Shown here piece by piece: positions 25,701 through 26,796 of a DNA stretch of 26,796 nucleotides. Both the position numbers and the translations under genes were made by a program. The DNA is from a virus. Its lineage: Duplodnaviria > Caudoviricetes. The stretch's first letter is position 1; every line of letters begins with the position of its first letter. The stretch is taken from positions 1 to 26,796 of IMG/VR virus record IMGVR_UViG_3300020419_000074; one strand, 5' to 3'. A model generated the notes under the pieces. That model searched no databases, had not been told where the DNA came from, and saw only the letters and a program-made list of their open reading frames with translations.

Positions 25701-25815
25701 AGGAAGAGGTACGTTTCCAAATGGTCCTGATGTGTTAGCAATCAATATCTATAAGATTGCAGGTACAGCAACTAATGCTAACGTATTGCTTAAATGGGGT
25801 GAAGCTCAGGCTTAA
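19714..25815 (+). CDS. Giant (2033 aa) modular virion structural / tail-baseplate-associated protein
   Basis: Starts 3 nt after the previous stop. N-terminal helical module shared with protein B, three 'HG[FLV]..G' beta modules, six 'G..Y..GD...IPG..LGG..PAND'-type repeats, and a C-terminal region with RYQSGKG, GVFDDQNGIFWEYDG, IQYSWYGAG (possibly lectin-like). Confidence 0.75.
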   Translation: MAKTQIKDYIFKPGMSATGNLYPNGYSLLNSNKAYLQAETTAYITSQVNAGATGFSGYTFDVTKVQKDIGLIINAYLHDLRYGGNQETSKNAGFFWNGATSQISGTRQAEINYQTEVRNIINNFILTNTAHTSLSASSQVIDNSKTTEAGVTARITELSNIIINVITTGLSALPTLVLTGAGTIKFQGRIELEDLLLVTNTTKNEIIYNFSNNELGGTISQDQYSADTDFPKFLQITDAVTILTLNKDTSAQSADDDLQIFKESTEIRTKPYDFGVDAIERMRHASPLAMLDADFEYGLQPTKWSAIGTLRGYPSIYEVPGTTTDVQSVVTDASDGTSGVGQSLITVTTTAPHGFIEGDPVTIKALENSIAGAARAEGSFIIYTVPTALTFTYYAKAKVGSSNGDVLYTSYTQLRKAGFYTGAAIGSPQAAVAIQGFTVVSQGASGTVTSEVITPSGETRIPYDGTSPTIGAPLVHASIPTGSQTTSVIDQSAGGGSFLTPEISTDVSIGAQSIQLVDATGVVPNLAFNRGDGVATYVETVNQGTNVITLSSPTTSAFTANTAIYSGVAANNYTPIGASLQVNISSNGTLYTAGTITNVGLNYAVGDIVKIPGTSLSGQSPANDCSLQVNSVDASGGVLTLSVISSSIPFDGDGTYNGLTPTPDGGEGVGAEFTVVFTDGTFAAVTRTNDGSGYIVNDRIIILGSQFGTNGVDGTHDLIITVSSVDGSGAITGTTQTGTAPDAVIDYAVTDDSTEMIMSAAGSHLTIQNISGADASRTAGTYNDVGGTSNGSGTVGTFDIVVAADGSASVTVKTIGSGHTAGDTITIQDSDLGSGGAANLTFDVWQTGNGAGNDAAFTVRTNGTTYSIINITAGTGFMVGETITVPGNILGGATPANDLVATVLTVDGTGGLQGVSPSGTAVNSATYTAQSGTKLIGTGFIADISTSGGTYSIDFDSPGDGGTNYGLNQTFTILGTSLGGATPANDLTISITGVVSDDSTARGEVTSVSVSGTASTGTFSATPVSGNNVAVSGTGALWTLTRSSQDSTGIYENFSYIGGTNYVFGDKVVIPGNLLGGATPANDVTIMSTGANFATFTVLSGQPAQASVLNLLCTFTMTEATTGQIAAGASISFEALATLEIDFPNAHGLVPGSSFIVTTQSDDGSNNHNLADGTFIATNIPAIDKIRYQARAAGTIDTGSSDIIAIVYPKPDSFFIHRPFDGGVQLGTGGPQHGAQAIRQSKKYIRYQSGKGIMYTTGALFAPSYDLQSVTADGVEVDSLITIVTDDHDHGVQIGGIIRLLGVETEGYNSGPGYGNQYDPYSDYTVVQVTDERTFKVRAKRRLGSVTPDLGFNAQMSVVTWHGATVRAGVFDDQNGIFWEYDGVNINVVQRTGTFQLAGTIAMLADANLITGTNTKFTKQLKAGDRVIVKGMTHVVTNVASDTSCTVTPDFRGVNDISGSKMMYVTDRKVKQQDFNIDKLDGTGKSKYNMDPAKMQMIGIQYSWYGAGFIDYMVRGADGNFVYCHRMRNSNVNTEAFMRSGNLPVRYEVTNEGPPGQLSSAIDSLVTTIPLKDASFFPTSGTIYINNEIIQYDGISGNNLINCTRGTTFANFQAGAQRTYSAGAATSHVINTGVVLISNTITPLISHWGSAFITDGGFDEDRGYIFSYPETNISVTTIKQTAFLLRLAPSVSNAIIGDLGERELLNRAQLLLNGIEITSEAGDGKGIIVEGVINPQNYPINPVDVGWNGLAGLAQGGQPSFAQVASGSSVNWSTGVSATTASATALATTTAAINSGQYIGYNNSRYIYIGAADYRSTFGDNSLDHVLGRNISGTHIPAGTVINGGYISPTGSYGYFYISQRVSGGNISQNQTDYFTITLNSAAANSNKALFDKTSWLAAGAANGTSTTGGSVTWPAGSLVSSISLKTWAGTEYYEVIFNNAFSGTLAAGSGTVEFTFEQPPYALPGETVFSFIAVPGERSSLDLGDLKEITNTPLGGRGTFPNGPDVLAINIYKIAGTATNANVLLKWGEAQA
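21511..22970 (+). repeat. Six ~60-125-aa spaced internal repeats (LGGATPAND family)
   Basis: LSGQSPAND, FGTNGVDGTHD, LGSGGAAN and LGGATPAND x3, each preceded by G-x-[NG]-[YHF]-x-x-[GN]-[DEQ]. Confidence 0.8.
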
Positions 25816-26468
25816 GAAACCTCTAAAGAATCTACAAAAGATTTCAAATCATCGTATACTTTAGTTTTTGCTTTAAGTTTTTTATAAGTAAATCTATTGA
25901 GTAGTTTTTCTGATTCAACTCCATACCCAGTTCTAACTAGTATAGGTTTTGCACCCATTTTCATTGCAGCTTTAAGATCAGTAATCTTATCACCTACATA
26001 GTATCCTCTAGAAAATTTAATACTAGGATGTTCTTTTTCACAACGCTTGAACATACCTGTGTTAGGTTTAGCGTACATATCGTCTTTGCGACTTGATTCA
26101 CTATAGTACAATGCTTCAATAAATGCACACCCTGCTTCTCCCAACATTTGAAACATTTTTTGATGTACTCTATCAACGTCGGCTTGAGACATAAGGCCCT
26201 TTTGAATACCACCTTGGTTGGTTATAATAACAACTTGAAATCCTAATTTTTTAATTCTAGCTACTGCTTCTAAACTTCCAGGAATTGGTTCGAAGTCCTC
26301 TGGAGTTGTAACATATGTGCCTAAATCTCTGTTTATAACACCATCTCTATCTAAGCCTATTACAAGTTTAGAATTTCTATCATTGTTATCAATGAGAGTT
26401 GGTATGTCTGACGACCACCTAATTATCGGTTGTGGTGTTTCCGTCACTGGTATCTGTTGTTCGTTCAC
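25812..26468 (-). CDS. gmhB: D-glycero-D-manno-heptose-1,7-bisphosphate phosphatase-like HAD IIIA hydrolase
   Basis: GLDRDGVIN (DxD), IITNQGGI, KPNTGM, VGDKITDLKAA, ILVRTGYG. GTG start with GGAG upstream. Overlaps the cupin gene by 50 bp. Histidinol-phosphatase-like specificity is not excluded. Confidence 0.8.
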   Translation of the reverse strand: MNEQQIPVTETPQPIIRWSSDIPTLIDNNDRNSKLVIGLDRDGVINRDLGTYVTTPEDFEPIPGSLEAVARIKKLGFQVVIITNQGGIQKGLMSQADVDRVHQKMFQMLGEAGCAFIEALYYSESSRKDDMYAKPNTGMFKRCEKEHPSIKFSRGYYVGDKITDLKAAMKMGAKPILVRTGYGVESEKLLNRFTYKKLKAKTKVYDDLKSFVDSLEVS

Positions 26469-26796
26469 TTTGACTATCTCCGGGAATAATTCTATAATTA
26501 TCTTCTACTGAGTCAGGTGTACTGACTTCGGTTATGCTACTACCATCTTCTAGTGCTTCTAGTTGATGAGGTTGTAACGGTGGATTATGCCAAGTTTGGC
26601 CTTCTATTAATTCTTGTTGATGTAATGTAGCAGTCTGTGTATCGATCCACCTTACTGTAAATTTACCATTGTTTACAAACCATGTTTCATCTTTTTCACG
26701 ATGAAAATGCATAGAAAATTTATTACCTTTTTTCTCAAATACCATAATTTTACCACAGTACTTGTCATTAGTTGCCCAAATAAGTTCGTAACCCCA
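26419..26796 (-). CDS. Cupin, mannose-6-phosphate-isomerase (type II C-terminal)-like sugar isomerase (5' truncated by window)
   Basis: Frame is open to the window end (WGYELIWATNDKYCGKIM...). Metal motif SMHFHREKDETW...QPHQL...EVST..SVEDNYRI. Confidence 0.75.
   Translation of the reverse strand, partial: WGYELIWATNDKYCGKIMVFEKKGNKFSMHFHREKDETWFVNNGKFTVRWIDTQTATLHQQELIEGQTWHNPPLQPHQLEALEDGSSITEVSTPDSVEDNYRIIPGDSQSERTTDTSDGNTTTDN

Noticed and set aside
90-25745. Many short - strand and off-frame + strand ORFs in the track (e.g. 11829..12278, 13859..14188, 22014..22439, 19161..19565)
   Set aside because: They lie within or mostly overlap long, motif-bearing genes and have the composition expected of antisense or frame shadows.
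26317-26511. 64-aa + strand ORF over the gmhB/cupin overlap
   Set aside because: It is antisense to two well-supported genes and has no supporting signals.
1-26796. Stop-codon reassignment or selenocysteine (no accepted gene ends in TGA)
   Set aside because: Genes are full length and tightly packed under the standard code with no in-frame TGA/TAG needed. TAA preference is expected at low GC.
15647-26796. Bacterial LPS/capsule locus or host-phage chimera
   Set aside because: The enzymes are interleaved with virion genes and share their RBS style and promoter motifs. No transporter, integrase or att-like boundary was seen.
1-26796. tRNA/ncRNA genes and intrinsic terminators
   Set aside because: Intergenic gaps are at most 97 bp and AT-rich, with no cloverleaf or GC-stem + U-tract visible.

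Overview
AT-rich, densely coding segment of a large T4-like/jumbo tailed-phage genome, most like uncultured aquatic myoviruses (inferred from protein style and recurrent NATAAATA late-promoter motifs). Positions 1-25815 are one + strand block of virion/tail-fibre genes: a truncated fibre gene, small adaptor-like proteins, two ~1595-aa paralogous fibre/spike proteins (8 CBM5/12-like repeats each plus different inserted domains), a gp34-like module, three paralogous Gly/Cys-rich proteins (~9-10% Cys), a chaperone-like protein and a 2033-aa structural protein. Inside this block sit two overlapping enzyme genes, a GT9 (heptosyltransferase-like) glycosyltransferase and a NodU/TobZ-family O-carbamoyltransferase. 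A gmhB-like heptose-bisphosphate phosphatase and a sugar-isomerase-like cupin follow on the - strand. The best candidate for an undescribed system is phage-encoded (carbamoyl-)heptosylation of virion proteins. Two possible acceptors are visible: D-S-[S/T] motifs inserted into loops of the fibre proteins, and the Cys-rich trio. All functions come from motifs read by eye; no database search was run and counts are manual.
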